From positions 53,630,001-53,694,000 of the forward strand of contig OX597819.1 of assembly GCA_951406725.2 (NCBI GenBank): a stretch of DNA of 64,000 nucleotides, written 5' to 3'. The DNA comes from Octopus vulgaris. Its lineage: Eukaryota. The notes under the pieces are model-generated. The model was not told where the DNA came from. It saw only the letters and a program-made list of their open reading frames with translations, and did no database searches. Shown here one piece after another: positions 25,150 through 40,172 of the stretch; the first letter of the stretch is position 1, and the number at the start of each line of letters is the position of its first letter. The position numbers and the translations under genes were made by a program.

Positions 25150-26509
25150 ACATCACTTTATCATAGTTTGATACTAAAAACTATATTTTAATTTTTTAAC
25201 CAAATAAGTATGTGAAAATAAGCTCGCCGGACCCTACTGTATAAGCCATAATTTAATTCAAATAAAAAATTACAAAAATAAAAGAAAGATAAAAAGACGA
25301 ATAAAAATAAAAAATTTACAAAAACTATGTTCTCACGTAACCTATGTCTATAAATATAAAATTAATAATATAGGGATAAAAATGAAATAAAATATATACT
25401 TGTGATGATATAAAATGAATCAGTTTCATTAAGCGTTTCCATTAAATTTCTTTAAATATGTCTTGTAAAAAAAGTAGCAACGACATAAAAGAACAAAGGA
25501 ATTGTTATTTTTAAGTCAAGAAGTTGTTTATTAATCGTACTTTCAATTTTATTTTAGAAAATTTACATGATTGTCAGCGATTACGTAAAAGGGGTCAATG
25601 GCAGACGTTTGTCGATCCCATAACGTATTTACTCAAATTCAGCAGCTGCTTAAGGAATTCTCACTTCCTGTTGGAAATACACCACTTCTAACGTTACGTC
25701 CTGTTTGTGTGTTCCAATCCGTTTACCTTTTCTCCTGTATCTTAGAATAATAACTCCTCAATTACGATGTCAGTCTTTGAATTTCCATATTGTGTCAAGG
25801 ATCAGAATGTTATATTCATGCTCTTTCATTGTTTGTCTAAACAGATGGTGTTTATCTATCTATTTATCTATCTATTGAGGGCTCGTGCAGTCGGTTTTCT
25901 TAAACAATCACGCGCACACGTAACCACGTGTACGTACGTACGCCATTATGCCGCGGACAGATTAATACTTGAAAGAGTTACGAAATTGTTTTACCGTTTG
26001 GTTAAAAGCAAAATAGTTTACTCCCTTTATACATACAAACATGCGCGCGCACACACACACGCAGCTGTAACGACGGTATAATTAATTAACATACGAGGTT
26101 TCTGTTCTGCTTTGTCATTCCATTGTTCTGTAACATTTGTCTTTCTTGGTGTATATTGTAAGGAGACATTCGGACCTAAGCTTGTGGTAGAAAGTAATTA
26201 GAATTACTTTTCTCTATCTTTTTTTCTCACCTACTCACCACGTTTTTCATTTCACTTACCGTCCTCGCCACATACATACACGGGCGCTCACACACACACA
26301 CACACACACACGGGCGCTCACACACACACGGGCGCTCACACACACACACACACACACACACACTTTCTCTCTCCCTACTTCTCTCAGTAACACACTTTCT
26401 CATGTCACCAGCCTTATTTTTTTAATGCATTCTCACTTATACCTCTTTTTTCTTTCTCTCTTTCCTTCTTTGTCTGTCTACCTATCTATCTGTCTGTCTC
26501 TCTCTCTCA

Positions 26510-26613
<104 letters not shown>

Positions 26614-27018
26614 CACTATCTTTATCTCTTCCTCTCTAATGTCCTGTTAGTATCGACTGTCTATGTATGTATTATCCTTCGTGAATATACTTCTATGTGA
26701 CTCCCTGTTTACATGTCTATGCTGTCTGTCAGTGCCTATCTCCTTGTGTGTCTCTCTGTCTATATGTAAACGCCTTTGAACGTTTCAGTGTATACCGTTC
26801 AACGTACAGAAAACTGCAGCAAAAAAAAGAGCTGGAAGACAGACAAGCGAGGAAACAACAAACAAGGTGTATTAGTTTGACGCTCTGGAAAAGTGGAAGA
26901 GTTTTTGTCATTTCGAGTCTATGTTCTTCTACAGACAGAAATGAAGAAAGAAAAGAAAGGATATTGTGTGTGTGTGTGTGTCTACATACATACATACATA
27001 CATACATACATACATACA

Positions 27019-27054
<36 letters not shown>

Positions 27055-27073
27055 CATATATGTATGTATATAT

Positions 27074-27299
27074 TTCTTTATTGCCCACAAGGGGCTAAAC
27101 ACAGGGGGGACAAACAAGGACAAAGGGATTAATTCGATTACATCGACCCCAGTGCGTAACTGGTACTTTATCTATCGACCCCGAAAGGATGAAAGGCAAA
27201 GTCGACCTCGGCGGAATTTGAACTCACAACGTAACGACAGACGAAATACCGCTAAACATTTCGCCCGGTGCGCTAACGTGTCTGCCAGCTCGCCGCCTT
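27074..27299 (-). mobile_element. SINE family D, well preserved; further copies ~20520-20680, 33215-33435, 39140-39320, 42210-42368, 47305-47480, 63535-63657
   Basis: Head GGCGGCGAGCTGGCAGA...GAGTTCAAATTC, central GCCTTTCATCCTTTCGGGGTCGAT..AAGTACCAG domain. Confidence 0.9.
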
Positions 27300-28221
27300 T
27301 CATATATGTATGTAGTGGATCTTGCATACATGAAGTGGATTCGATCCACCATAGCCAAATTTAAATTAACGCTGCAACTGAACTGTTCCCATGGCGGAAC
27401 AATGGTTTTTCTCTGACAGCAGTTTTACATTTTCCAGATGCCTTTAGCTAGGCCGAAATAATGTCTTCACTACTTGACCCTTTCTAACCTCTTATACTTC
27501 ACCAAAAGCTAGAATAGAGATAACAAGGCCACCAACTAAATCTATTGTTCTCAATGATATATCTATCCTTCTGGATCTTTATATAAGCAAGCACACCCCA
27601 AGCAAAAATCAGTTCGTCACAGTCGTGACAACTCAACGGAGTTAGTCACCTTGGTGACAAACTCATGAGTTGAGAGAGAGCTTAACCACTATTTTACCCA
27701 GTGCCGTTGTAGCAGCAGTATAGCCTCTCCCTCGGGCTTTGTGTGGGGACCGGCACGCCAGAGAATTGACCCAACGTTTCCGATACGTCTCGTAAAAAGG
27801 CGACTGAAAGAAATTGAAGTAAGATTTGTACTGAGGCCTCGTAAAAACCCTCACCAGCAACTACAACTCATACAGTCCCATCTAGTTCTCTCTTCCGGGA
27901 AGTACCTCGACTGCCTGTAAGGTACATGGTATGGGGAAAACTTTGGAGGACAGGTTGGGTTGGAGTGTTGTTACCTGAGTGGTGCAAAGGTATCATCCGC
28001 TAAGAGTAGAGAATCACCGACAAATGGGGGATGCAGCAACAAGCTGCAACAGGACATACCCCAGTACCTGTCCCTGATCCCGGGCAAATCAATGCACTTA
28101 GTTCTATAGTGTTGACGTAGAGACCATAAGCCACAACAGACATAGATCAGAAATGGGCCCTCGGGGCAACTGCCCTGTTTGACCATGTATTAAGAGGCTC
28201 TGAGTTTATCGTCATCTAAGT

Positions 28222-28550
28222 CAGTGGTTTTCAACCATTTATTGCCTATGGATCCCTTCGAGTATTATTTTACTCTGATGGACCGCCACCCCATAATCAT
28301 TCGATGTTTAAAAGCTAGTTTTATAGATACTTTTTTCAAAATTCTTATTTTGCTTTTCATACATTAACTTAAGTAGGTTGAACTATGTAAAACTTCAGAG
28401 GACCAAACCTGAACGTTTCTTGCAATAAATATATCTAAAGCAAACTTTTTTACGGACTCTTTAAGATACTACAGTGGATCCCCCAATTTTCTACTTTTGC
28501 TTGCGAGGATTACTCCAAAATCTTACATGGACTACTGTTGAGAACCACTG
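28222..28550. mobile_element. hAT (Charlie/Buster-like) MITE
   Basis: CAGTGGTTTTCAAC ... GTTGAGAACCACTG; flanks ATCTAAGT / ATCTAGAT; sister copy at 53386. Confidence 0.85.
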
Positions 28551-29064
28551 ATCTAGATAGTTGTATAAAAGTGAATTTTTCCTCATAACACATCTTTCTC
28601 GTCTTAACGGAGTTTGTTCACTTCGATCAGAAACGGACAATGTGTCTGTCGTCTTTTCGCTGCTTAGTTTCCTCTCTACTCTTCTGTCAATGCCTTTCAT
28701 TTTTTTCTTGTTCTTCGTCTTTATTCTTTCGTATTTTTCTTCTTTATTACCATTATTATAGCCATCATTGTTATCATCATTAATTTCCTCCCCCCTCCTC
28801 CGTCACCATCCCTAACACATCCCATCCCCCTCTTTCGTAACGTTCCTCCCCTCCTCCTCCTCCTCCTCTTACGCCTCATCTCCTCCCCACGTCACTCCCT
28901 TCCCCCGCCTCCGCCCCTCAGCTTTGTTTCACGCAATGAATGAGAACCTCTTTGGTAGGAAGGGGTGTTTTGTAGATAGGTGTTGGTCGGAGGTGGTTAT
29001 GACAATAGTGCAGGCTATTGGAGACGATGGTATTAGTGGTTGCGTCGGCCATTGTGTTCCTTAC

Positions 29065-29095
<31 letters not shown>

Positions 29096-30205
29096 TTGGT
29101 AGCTTGTGGTATTAAATGATACTGCTGGCAGCAGTGATGATGGTAATGATGGTAATGATGGCAGTGGTGATGTAGCGGCAGTTGTAACGGTGTTGGCGGT
29201 GGTGCTGTACACGCGATTCAGTAACGTTAGTAATGATGATTATGATGATGATGGTGGTGGTGGTGGTGATGGTGGTGGTGGTGGTGATGGTGGTGATAAC
29301 TAATATTTCAGACATGTGGAGTCCCTTAGTGGAAAGATAGTACAAGGGATTTCTTTATAATATTTGACAGGATTAAGAGTTTGAATTTGAATCAAGAATA
29401 AGAAAAGACCGCATGTAAATTGGTTCCCGTTTTAGTTTCTTCTGCACACCCCATTTCGTAGAATCGCCAACAGCTTTAAATGCCAATGTATCGTGAGCAA
29501 ATTGGGATACCAACTCAACCGTTCTCCATGTCTTGACCCAATGGAACATCGAAGATGTAACAGCTAGTTGTACCAGCACTAGGAACCTATTTTCGGCCGA
29601 GTAGACTAAAGCAACGTGAAATGAATCGTCTTGCTCATAAACACAAAGCGTAACCCAGTCCAGGAATTGAACCACAGACCCTATGATACATATGTACCTA
29701 TGTAAACGCGAGCAAATATAGGTGGTACCATCTCGGCCTATTGTAGGTTGTGATTTGAGATTGATTTGGCGGCTATTTCTTGCAGATGTAGCTATTAAAG
29801 GCTCTCTCGGTGACATTAATAAAGAAAAGAAGATATTTTGCGAAGAAGCATCAGATATGTTTAGAATACATTTTGATATAATTAATATCTTTGTATCTTG
29901 CTTATGTTAAGTATTGTATTCTATTACATTGTACTTACTAGAGAACTATATTTCTGATGTTAAAAATAAGGTTAATGGGCCTATCGATGATCATATCTCT
30001 CGATCTAGCATTTCATATCTGATAACTTAACAATAGAATATCAGAAAGAAAAAAAAAATGTTGGGGAAAAAAAAGCATTAAATAAAGAAAGATATAGATT
30101 TATGTTGTGGTTCATTCGCATAGCAAAAGTGTGTAGAGTATTGAGCCTTTAAGAGATAATTATATACATACATACATACATGCAAACACGTACATACACG
30201 CGTGC

Positions 30206-30256
<51 letters not shown>

Positions 30257-31262
30257 TATATACATATGTATATGTGTGTGTGTATGTATGTATAATATAT
30301 ATGCACACCCACACGTATACGAACGGTACTTTTTAATGTGACAGGAATGACTGATTCAAGGTCTGCATTAGAAATGAAGTTTAAGCACCCAGAAACACGT
30401 GCCTTACAGTTCGATGATGTCATTCATAGCCCAGCTTGGTGTGTTTTCACATATAGTCAATAAGGATAATTTCTCTTCCCAGGCAATTATTACAGCGATG
30501 GTCTTTACACGTTTGAGTGTACACGAGCGTGTTAAATGCAAATGCACGCAGTTTTAAGTTAATCACCGTTGGGTAGTGTACCTTTAATTAATTCATTCCA
30601 GCTTGACAAAGTTTAGCAATCGCCAGTAAATATATATTTTTTTGCTGTTTACATATAAAAACACCTTTTCTTAGAGGGCTGTAAACGACCGATTCGGTGT
30701 CTGTATCTGACGAAGCGTAACCACGTGTCTTGTATTCAATGACGTAATTCATAAGCCTAGCTAGGTATGATTTCACACATATAGCCTATAAGGAGAAGGT
30801 CTCTCTACCATTGAGCCTACAGGAACATGTTGAGTATAAGTGTACACAGTTCACACACACACACACATGTTCATACAACTGACTTGGCCAGGGAAGGCCG
30901 AAACCACGTGACCTGTTAGTTTCAGCGATGGCGATTGGGGAAGGGGATTCATCTCCCGCTAGCGATATAAACAAGTGTGCTTATATGTACCAGAAGCCAA
31001 TATGAGAGTTCCTCTCATGGTAATTACCGCAGTATTCTGTGTTCTAACAGAACATTCACTTTTAAGTGGGGATAAATATCATCTTTTGATATCAATGCTA
31101 CTTCTAGTCATAATAATAATAATAACAATACTTGTGAATGACTTTTTTTGATGAAATATTTTATATCTGAAAATAGAATTAGGAAGACTTTATACACCCA
31201 CCCACACATATGTATGCATGGGTGTGTGTGTATGTATGTATATATTTATATGCACGCGCGCG

Positions 31263-31321
<59 letters not shown>

Positions 31322-31984
31322 CGAACAGCTTCTTAATTTCAAGCCAGGATTTGAAATTGAATCTATATTTTTCTACAATTCCTATCCTATTGTTTCTCCG
31401 CTTTAGCATTTGGAAATTTATTAGAGTCAATTGTCACACTTTAAGTTCTTTTGTTCAAGTTAACATTCTTAGATTGAATGCAGTCCGAGAGAGATAAACT
31501 CATTACTTTCCATTGTTCTCTGACCTACATCCAGCTTTCCAACATTTATAAATTCAGTAACTACGGGGGAAGCTTTTACGTAAGAGACCACTCAGCTCTT
31601 ACCCTCTTTACTTCTCTAGACTCTCTTATTCTTTCTCTCTCTCCTTTTCTCTCTAAGTCTTCTAGCAGTCAACAAAAGATGAATTTAACAACCTACAGAT
31701 AGGATAACAGAACGTCAAATTATCATTGTATAACAACAGCTCGAAGACGTTGTGTCATACATTGAAACGATGAAAATAAAGGGCTATAACAATTAATAAT
31801 ACTTTCTTTTTCCTGTCATTTATTCGGTGCATACAATTGTTTTATATATATATATATATGTATATAAGTATACGGACTGTCGCAAAAGATAAAGTTGTAT
31901 ATCTATTTAGGAATTAATATTTTCTTCTCGCTCACTCTACTTCTCTCACTGTCTTTTCATCATCAGCACCCTCCTCCTCCTCCC

Positions 31985-32019
<35 letters not shown>

Positions 32020-32033
32020 CCACCACCACCACC

Positions 32034-32067
<34 letters not shown>

Positions 32068-32081
32068 TCATCACCACCACC

Positions 32082-32113
<32 letters not shown>
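31985..32113. repeat. (CAT)n/(CAC)n microsatellite
   Basis: Seen directly. Confidence 0.95.
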
Positions 32114-32114
<1 letters not shown>

Positions 32115-32356
32115 TGTCTTATTATTTTCTACATCTATCTTTCACTCTGTCCGTTTGTCTGTCTGTCTGTCTAACACTTTCTTTAGTCTCTGATAAACAC
32201 GTTTCTGAGTATGAAAATCAATACTGTCGATTGATCTACGACTTCCGGTCTTTCAATAGCTATGGACACGTGCTTGCAGTCAGAACTTCCGGTTCGTTTA
32301 GACTTCGGGTCCTTTTATTGATTTTTGTTTGTCATTTTGGAACGCAGTTGCTAAAA

Positions 32357-32389
<33 letters not shown>

Positions 32390-33459
32390 ACAGGAGATTA
32401 ATAAAGTAAAGGTGATAATAGACCTTCCTGGTATGATAATTACAACAACGGTGATGACAACGACAACAATAAAAATGGTGATAGTTTTTTTTTTTATATA
32501 TTTATTAGAGAAGTAAAGACAAAAAATCTTTTTTTTTTTACAAAACAAGAGGTGAATCAGACAAGTATTATTATAGCAGGAGGTGATGGCGGAAACGATA
32601 GGGGGGTTGACTAAATACCTCGTAGTATATTTTATGTCACCTCTTATCCTAATAAATATATGGTTTTCTTTTAATGAAGTATTTGTAATCTAGACATGTG
32701 GCCTCAATATTTGTAATGAAGGCGTGTATTTAATTTTTTTACTTGATCCAGTTATTGAACTGCAGCCGTGCTGGTGCACCACCCTGAAGGGTTTAGTCGA
32801 ACACGCTTACTCCAGTACTTATGGTTTTTCTGTTTGTATCGAAACCCCTATGCATACCTCCGCATCATATCAGGCACGGCAAACCAAATCCTCAATTATC
32901 CACTGAGGGAGCTTCTGAGTAGTCCCTTGCAGACCAAGCTGGAACAGACGTTCCAGCCTGGTCTGATAAAAACTAAGCCAAATCATGGCATTTGGCTGGT
33001 AATAAATGACGTGGGCGATGTATTCTTTTCTATCGGTTTATTTTGCCGAAGCGTTAAGTTTTGGGGACGCAAGCATACCAGTTGTTAAGCGGTGGGAGTA
33101 GATAAATACAAATACAAAGACGATAAGAGAGAGTAAGTCGATGGTATTGTCTTACTTCCCCTTTCAAAACTGCTGGTCTTCTGCCTAAATCACAAACCAT
33201 AACATAATTATTATCATTAAAGCGGTGAGCTAGCAGAATCGTTAGCACGCCGGGAAAAATACTTAGCAGCATTTTTTCCGTCTTTACGTTCTGGGTTCAA
33301 ATTCCGCCGAGGTTGACGTCGCCTTTCATCCTTTCGGAGTCGATAAAATAAGTACCAGTTGAGTGCTGGGGTCGATGCAATTGACTTACCTTCTCCCTCG
33401 AAATTTCTGGCATTGTGCTTACATTTGAAACCAATATAATATTATCATTATTATAAAGT

Positions 33460-34010
33460 GTTGATAGGCTTCCCTTTCCAACTGGATTGCGGGACGATTG
33501 CTTCGGCATACATGAACGATATCACTGTTTTTGGGCGGACACTATTGAAATTGAGGTTATTAGTAACGTACCTTCCGAATACGAGAAACCACATCATCAA
33601 ATCGGTGGTCTTGTATGCAAACTTGGTCCCTGGAGAGGCAAGAACATACCAGCCAGTGTCGCGAATCAAAGATCCTGCTGAGATGGTGGGGTTCTGGTTC
33701 GGTGCACAGTTCTGGTTAGATAGGAACAAGAATGAGATTACAAGCAGGGAGAACAATCTCACTCAGAATTGTTGGGCAGACGTGATGGATGTATACATCG
33801 CTGGAATGACTGCTCCAGTCTGGTCTTCAAATAACTAGTCAGAAGCTCCCTCTGTGGATAATAGAGGGTTTGGTTTGCTGTGCCGGATATGATGCAGAGG
33901 TATGCACAGAGTTTTCAATACGAACAGAAATCCTTTGACTCTTTGACGGTTAGATGTCGTTACCGTTTGTCGTAACAGGTTTTGCAGCGAAACGCTTCTT
34001 TTGATCAAGC
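33460..34010 (+). mobile_element. Decayed L1/Tx1-like reverse transcriptase fragment
   Basis: SAYMNDITV (YxDD equivalent), then EMVGFWFG...NKNEITSR thumb-like segment; frameshifted. Confidence 0.6.
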
Positions 34011-34945
34011 TGCAATCTGATACACACACACACACACACACATAAAGTACATGAAAAGCAAGTTTGAATCTTGCTTGCTTGCAATATTACCCAGCCAAAC
34101 TAACGCATAATGGGAAAATACTATTAATTTAGTTGCCCTCGAAATGTGAATACGAACGGAATAAAACAAGTTTCGCGTAAATCGGACAACTGGTTATTGA
34201 GATATTAGGGGTTCTCGGTGTATAAATTCTAAAAATGGTGCATAATGGTAAAAGTCTCCGAAAATAACTTAACCCTGTAAAGGAAGAACTTACCTTTCGA
34301 TTACACACAGTGACTTGACAGTGAAAAAGTACGATTTGTTTTTTACAGCAAATGTTTCTATTTTCGTTTTTGTTAAACACAATATTTTAATTATTTAGAA
34401 ATATTTTAAAGTGAATAGGATTTCAAAAATGTAAGTTGTTTGTGCAGTAAATATTTATATTTTAGCTTTCTTTAAACAGATAATATTTTAATCTTTTTTT
34501 TAAAAATTATTTTCAAGTGAATACCATTACACAAATTGTTTTGGCATATCTAAAAAATATTTCAATGTGAAAATGCCTTTGAAAATATGGTAAATATTTC
34601 GTAAAAGACCCATTCGTAACATCGGTGTAAAATAATTTTTTTCCACATGTTTTTCTCGAGTGCATTCAACGTATCTTACCTCCCAAGTTTTGGCTGTTAT
34701 TTCTAGCACGCCCTGCTACCACGTAGCAATTATTTGCGATAACAGACACGAAATAGCTGTTACGTAGTAGCAGGACGTGCAAGAAATAGCAGCCAAATCT
34801 TTCCTTTTCTGGGGAAAGGAGCCGTTTACGCGTGATTTCGATGTCACATTCTTTGACAGCATGCGAAATAACATGGTAAAGAAGAAAAAACCCACGAAAC
34901 AAAACTCAGACTTTTCCGGTGACGCAACGGGGCACGGGTAGTGTA

Positions 34946-35037
<92 letters not shown>

Positions 35038-35317
35038 GCAAGTTTGTATGTATTTATATGTATATATAATTAATGTGGATAGCTAGGCGCAATATAAACC
35101 GCGCAGGCAAAATTTAGTCGTCACTAATTGTGACTGTATGTGCTACTATGACATGTATTGCTAGAAATAGCAGTTAAATCACTTATAAGAGCGTAAAAGA
35201 ATATTTACATCTACTGATAGGGTAGATAACTGCCCCATGAGCCAAGCGAAACTAGAACACCGGACTGGACAGTTTCATCCTAATGAGAATTGTTAACAGT
35301 GCGCCTCTATTGTTTCC

Positions 35318-35348
<31 letters not shown>

Positions 35349-35572
35349 TGTATGTATGTATGTATGTATGTATGTATGTATGTATGTATGTATGTATGTA
35401 TATATGCGTGTGTATGCATGTGTGCGTATATGAATACATGCACAAATATGCATGCATATATGTGTGAGTATATGTATGTATGTGTATGTGTATGTATGCA
35501 TGTGTTTGTGAGTATATGTATGCATGTGTGTGTGTATATATGTGTGTATATATATATATGTGTGTATATATA

Positions 35573-35623
<51 letters not shown>

Positions 35624-35740
35624 ATATGCGTGTATAAATATACGCACACATATGTATACATATATTACATATATATATATTTATATACACACACATGCAT
35701 ACATACACATGCACACATACACACACATGTAATATATACA

Positions 35741-35777
<37 letters not shown>

Positions 35778-36149
35778 ATGCGTGTATGGTAAATTTGTTT
35801 GACAGGGTCCTTGACCTTCGATAAAAAGAAAGCGATGCGAGATTGTAGTTAAACCCATCTCTACCATCTGGTAGAATGTGTAAAAGAATTTCTTTGCTTG
35901 CATTTCTCTCAGTATAAAAAAAAAATTGAACGGGTAATAAATCAATAGTATTGAGAATTGGTTATTTTTCAATACAGTTCTTACCAACCTGTTCAAGATT
36001 ACCTGGAATCTTCACTATCACACATCAGTTAATCCTCATTTCCGTTTTAAGATTTTAAATGGAAATTAAAAGATACCAATTTGTATGCAAACATATAATA
36101 CCTCATTTATTTCTTCTAATTCCATTGCACTGTTTCCGAAGACTATATA

Positions 36150-36554
36150 TCTCTCTATATATAAACGGCAAAATGTCTGCGTGCGTATCCTTTATACAAA
36201 TCCACAATTTTTCAGTTAGAGGGCTCGCACTTTCTATGGTCATTCAAAACCGTCCAAGGGTGGTCGTGCACATCTTTACATTTCCCCAGTCACTCCGCAA
36301 AGCAATTAAAAAAATCAATAGAAGTGACTTTTTTGTGAATTTTCTATCCAAAACCCAATCAAAATGCCCGAAACTTGATACGCCAATTGAATGCCAGCTA
36401 GCTGTATGTGATTGGTCGGAGATTTGGACTGAGATTGGTCGGAGATTGGACTGAGATTGGTCGGAGATTGGACTGAGATTGGTCGGAGATTTGCACGCAG
36501 CTGCATATGCATGCACTAGCACTATGACCCGGCAACACCGGGTCATAGTGTTAG
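36150..36554 (+). mobile_element. Non-autonomous Helitron
   Basis: A|TC 5' end (TCTCTCTATATATAAAC), 3' hairpin ATGACCCGG-caaca-CCGGGTCAT then TTAG|T (decayed CTAG); internal 22-bp tandem repeat. Confidence 0.75.
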
Positions 36555-37183
36555 TTATATCTAATTGATATTTCTTTGGGACAAATTTTTTTTCGATAGC
36601 ATCCAATGTCTGTTGTCTCTAGGATTTTTTTCTTGATTCAGAAAACAAAGCGAATGAATGTCTTCAAAAATTCAGTTTGCACTGTATTTTTAAATAGTTT
36701 TATAAAATATGTTGCAAATCCGTAATTAAGCTCAGTTTATTTAATCGCAGTAGAGACACTTTCAAAATGATATTTTATTTGTAAATTGGGAGGGTAATGT
36801 GCATATGTATAATAAAACTTTTTCGTATTTGTTATATAGAAATATATTGTAATTGTGCATTCATCTATTGTGTTCGGCTACGTCGCTTTCGTTTTGTACT
36901 GGAGGTCAAGGACGTCCTGGTTTTAACTAACGGGACGACTAATTTTATGCATACACATGCGCACGCACGTACGCACACATACACAAACACAAAAATTACT
37001 GCCGCACTTTGAGACAAGAACAATGAAACAATGTTAAATAAGTACAAAACGCTTTGTGCTGTTATTTATTTATTATTTACCAAGAAAAGATATTTACATC
37101 TATCTGTATATAAATTATTTCTTATTATTACCGCTTTTCAAAATCTGTAGATATATATTTTATTATACATATTAATAAATAGC

Positions 37184-37214
<31 letters not shown>

Positions 37215-38171
37215 TGCGCACGCACGCACACACATGCATATATATATATATATATATATATATACGTGTGTGTGTGTGTGTGTGTGTGTACATACAATAA
37301 ATTCGTAATACATAAAAATTACAAATAGATTATAAAATAAACAAAGAAAATCAATAATTTTTCCATTTCTTACTTTATTTATTTGCTTTTTTGAAAACGA
37401 AGAAGGAGCAAAAAACAAATGGAAAAATGAATAAATGAAAATAGATTCTTTGTGTAAAAATAATAACGGATATAAATAATAATATTATTTATAATACAAT
37501 ACTGTAAATATATTTTTTGCTCTCGGGGAAAAAGAAAAGAAAAAAAAGAAAAGACGCCACAGGAATCCACAAAAACTATAACTCTTTGTTTGGAAATGAA
37601 GTAACTGATGTCGCGGAAGTTATCAGAACTCTTTTCCATTGATAAAGCCGTTCTTTGTTTGACTCCTTCCCAGATGAAAACACTCAGGAAAAATATCTTG
37701 CATCCAACAAGGAGCAGCAATTGGAGAAGGAAGTGAACTATGAAGTCAGTCTCTCGACTGACTCATCGTGATCCAAAATCCAAGTTAATTTAACATTGCA
37801 TGGGAAAATGTAGTGTTGACAAGTATGGGGAGGGGGAGGTCTAGGCTTGATTCCGTGTTATTTGACCTTTTCAGCGAAACATTGGCTTAGCAGCACTTGC
37901 CAGATTCTAGATAAATTCTTAAAAATGATTAAGTTCAAAATGAAATTATGATAATGAAGTTAATAAAAAAGAAGACGGACAAAACTGAAATAACTCTGAA
38001 CGAGCATTCAATTGGGGGTGTATACCCGTACTATTTTGTGGAGTATATATATTGTCACTGCATACGGCTTCCATACTGAGCTAAAATATTCCACGATGGG
38101 TCAAGAAATGGTTTCATAGGTTGAGATTTTGGTTTTAGTTGTTGCATTCTGAGAAATTTGATGAGCATTTA

Positions 38172-39031
38172 CAGGGTACGATGGGTAAATTGTCGCCATT
38201 TTATATATTTAATTTCGCGCATGTGCATTGTTTGTTTTTGATGTTGTCGACTACACAATATCGTAGGGTCAGTTGGGCACCGTCTGTAAGAAAAACAGAA
38301 CCATGACGCAATTCACTTTGCCAGAAATTTGGAAACATGCTGTACTGCATGGCATTCGCGCCGAAAGATTCAATACAAACATTTCAGAGTGTTTGGGTGT
38401 CAATCTGAGGACAGTGCATATATTGAGAGTGATAAAAAAATCAAATAACCAGTCAACATCATGGTGTTTGGAGTGATCACTAGTGATGGCGACGTTATGC
38501 CTCCATTCATCTTCCCACACGGCCTCAAACTGAACTCGTAGGTCTACATCAAGCGCCTGGAGGATGTAGTGCTGCCCTGGGTCAAAAGGCCGCTGGAAGA
38601 CACTATGTCTGAGAACAGGACTCTGCACTATGCCACTCAAGCAGGAGAACCCTGTCATGGCTGTCAGACAATTTCTGAGATTACATCACCTCCCTAACTC
38701 CCCAAACTGCAATCCCTTTGATTATTATGTGTGGGGCGCAGTTGAGCGAGTGGCCAACAGAACTCCTTGTTACACCAAAGATGAACTGAAGGCAAGGATT
38801 ATGGCAGCATTCATCAACTTAAACAAGGAGACCGTCCAGAAGAGTTGCAGGAGATTCCGAAGTCGACTGGAGACTGTGGTTGAAGCCAATGGCGATATTA
38901 TTGAATAAATTTACTCTTTAGTATTTCAAGATATTTTTATGTAATTTTGGTAAATATATCTGTTAAAATGAGATATCAGTGTTCTTTTCATTCTTGCGTA
39001 ATTTAGATGACAGTTTATTCTCCGCACCCTG
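38172..39031 (+). mobile_element. Internally deleted Tc1/mariner-superfamily element (maT/DD37D-like)
   Basis: TA|CAGGGT ... ACCCTG ends; IMVFGVITSDGDVMPPFIFPHG, PNSPNCNPFDYYVWGAVE...FRSRLETVVEANG. Confidence 0.88.
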
Positions 39032-40134
39032 TTTATGACTTGATTGCATTTTGATTTTTTATAATCGAGATAATATGAAAATTAAAACTTGTCGCCAAGG
39101 TATTTAAATAGACTTAATAAACTTATCTTGGTGCATAATATTGGTTTCAAATTTTGGCAAAAGGACAGCAATCGACCCCAGTACTAAACTGAAACTCATT
39201 TTATCGAGCTCGAAGGATGAACGGCACAGTCGACATCGACAGAATTTGAACTCAGAACGGATGAAATGCTGCTAAGCATTTTGCCCAGCGTGCTAACGAT
39301 TCTGCCAGCTCGCCGTCTTAATTTGTTTAATATTTATATTACCAGATAAAATACATATGGTGTGTGTGTGTACATGTATGCATGCAATCATGCGCATTTG
39401 TACGTAGGAGAGTGCGGGCAAATATCTTTAAAGTTAGCGGTGAGTTGTTTGCAGGCGTGGGACCAAAAGAAGTTGACACGATAAACAATTAGTAATCCGT
39501 AAATAGAACTTCTAAATACATTCATTCAGACTGTATGAGGGGTGGCTGGCAGAAAGGGCGTTAACTACTGTTTAAACATGTATGTATGTATGTTTACATA
39601 CATACACACATTCATACACACATATACATATTTAAATATGAACATATATGTGTGTGTGCGTGTGCAAGTACACACACGAACACGTACACACACACACAAA
39701 TTGTGCTTTCAAAACCTGATGCAATTTCCTTGGAGATAGTCTTTTGTTCTGGAAAGTAATTGTTTTAGATGGAACTTCCTAGAAACTTTACATGTAAAAG
39801 TAGTCCATTTGGACTAAACACAGCCATACGTGACAACAACTGACCATATTTTGCTGTTTTGCCAACACTACACTTGAATGATTTTCTCACATCCTGTCAC
39901 GGAACTATTTCGAAGGTATTTTTACCTTCATTTTTCTCAGCTTTCATGATGCAATAAGGTTGATTTACGTAAATAGCATTGACTTTGTGTTTACTGGTTT
40001 GTGTGTATCTTTGAGCGCGCATGTGTGTGCATGTATCTATGAGTGGGTGTTTATGTGTCCGTGCATGTTTGTTATTCTGTCTCTGTCTGTCTGTCTGTCT
40101 CTGTCTGTCTGTCTGTCTCTCCCTCACACACACA

Positions 40135-40172
<38 letters not shown>

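Noticed and set aside
31895-32359. Poly-histidine ORF
   Set aside because: (CAT)/(CAC) microsatellite with no coding context
37560-37770. Coding-like unique stretch (also 29380-29570, 30335-30460, 45748-45796, 53070-53255)
   Set aside because: No recognisable protein and no consistent pair of splice sites linking them
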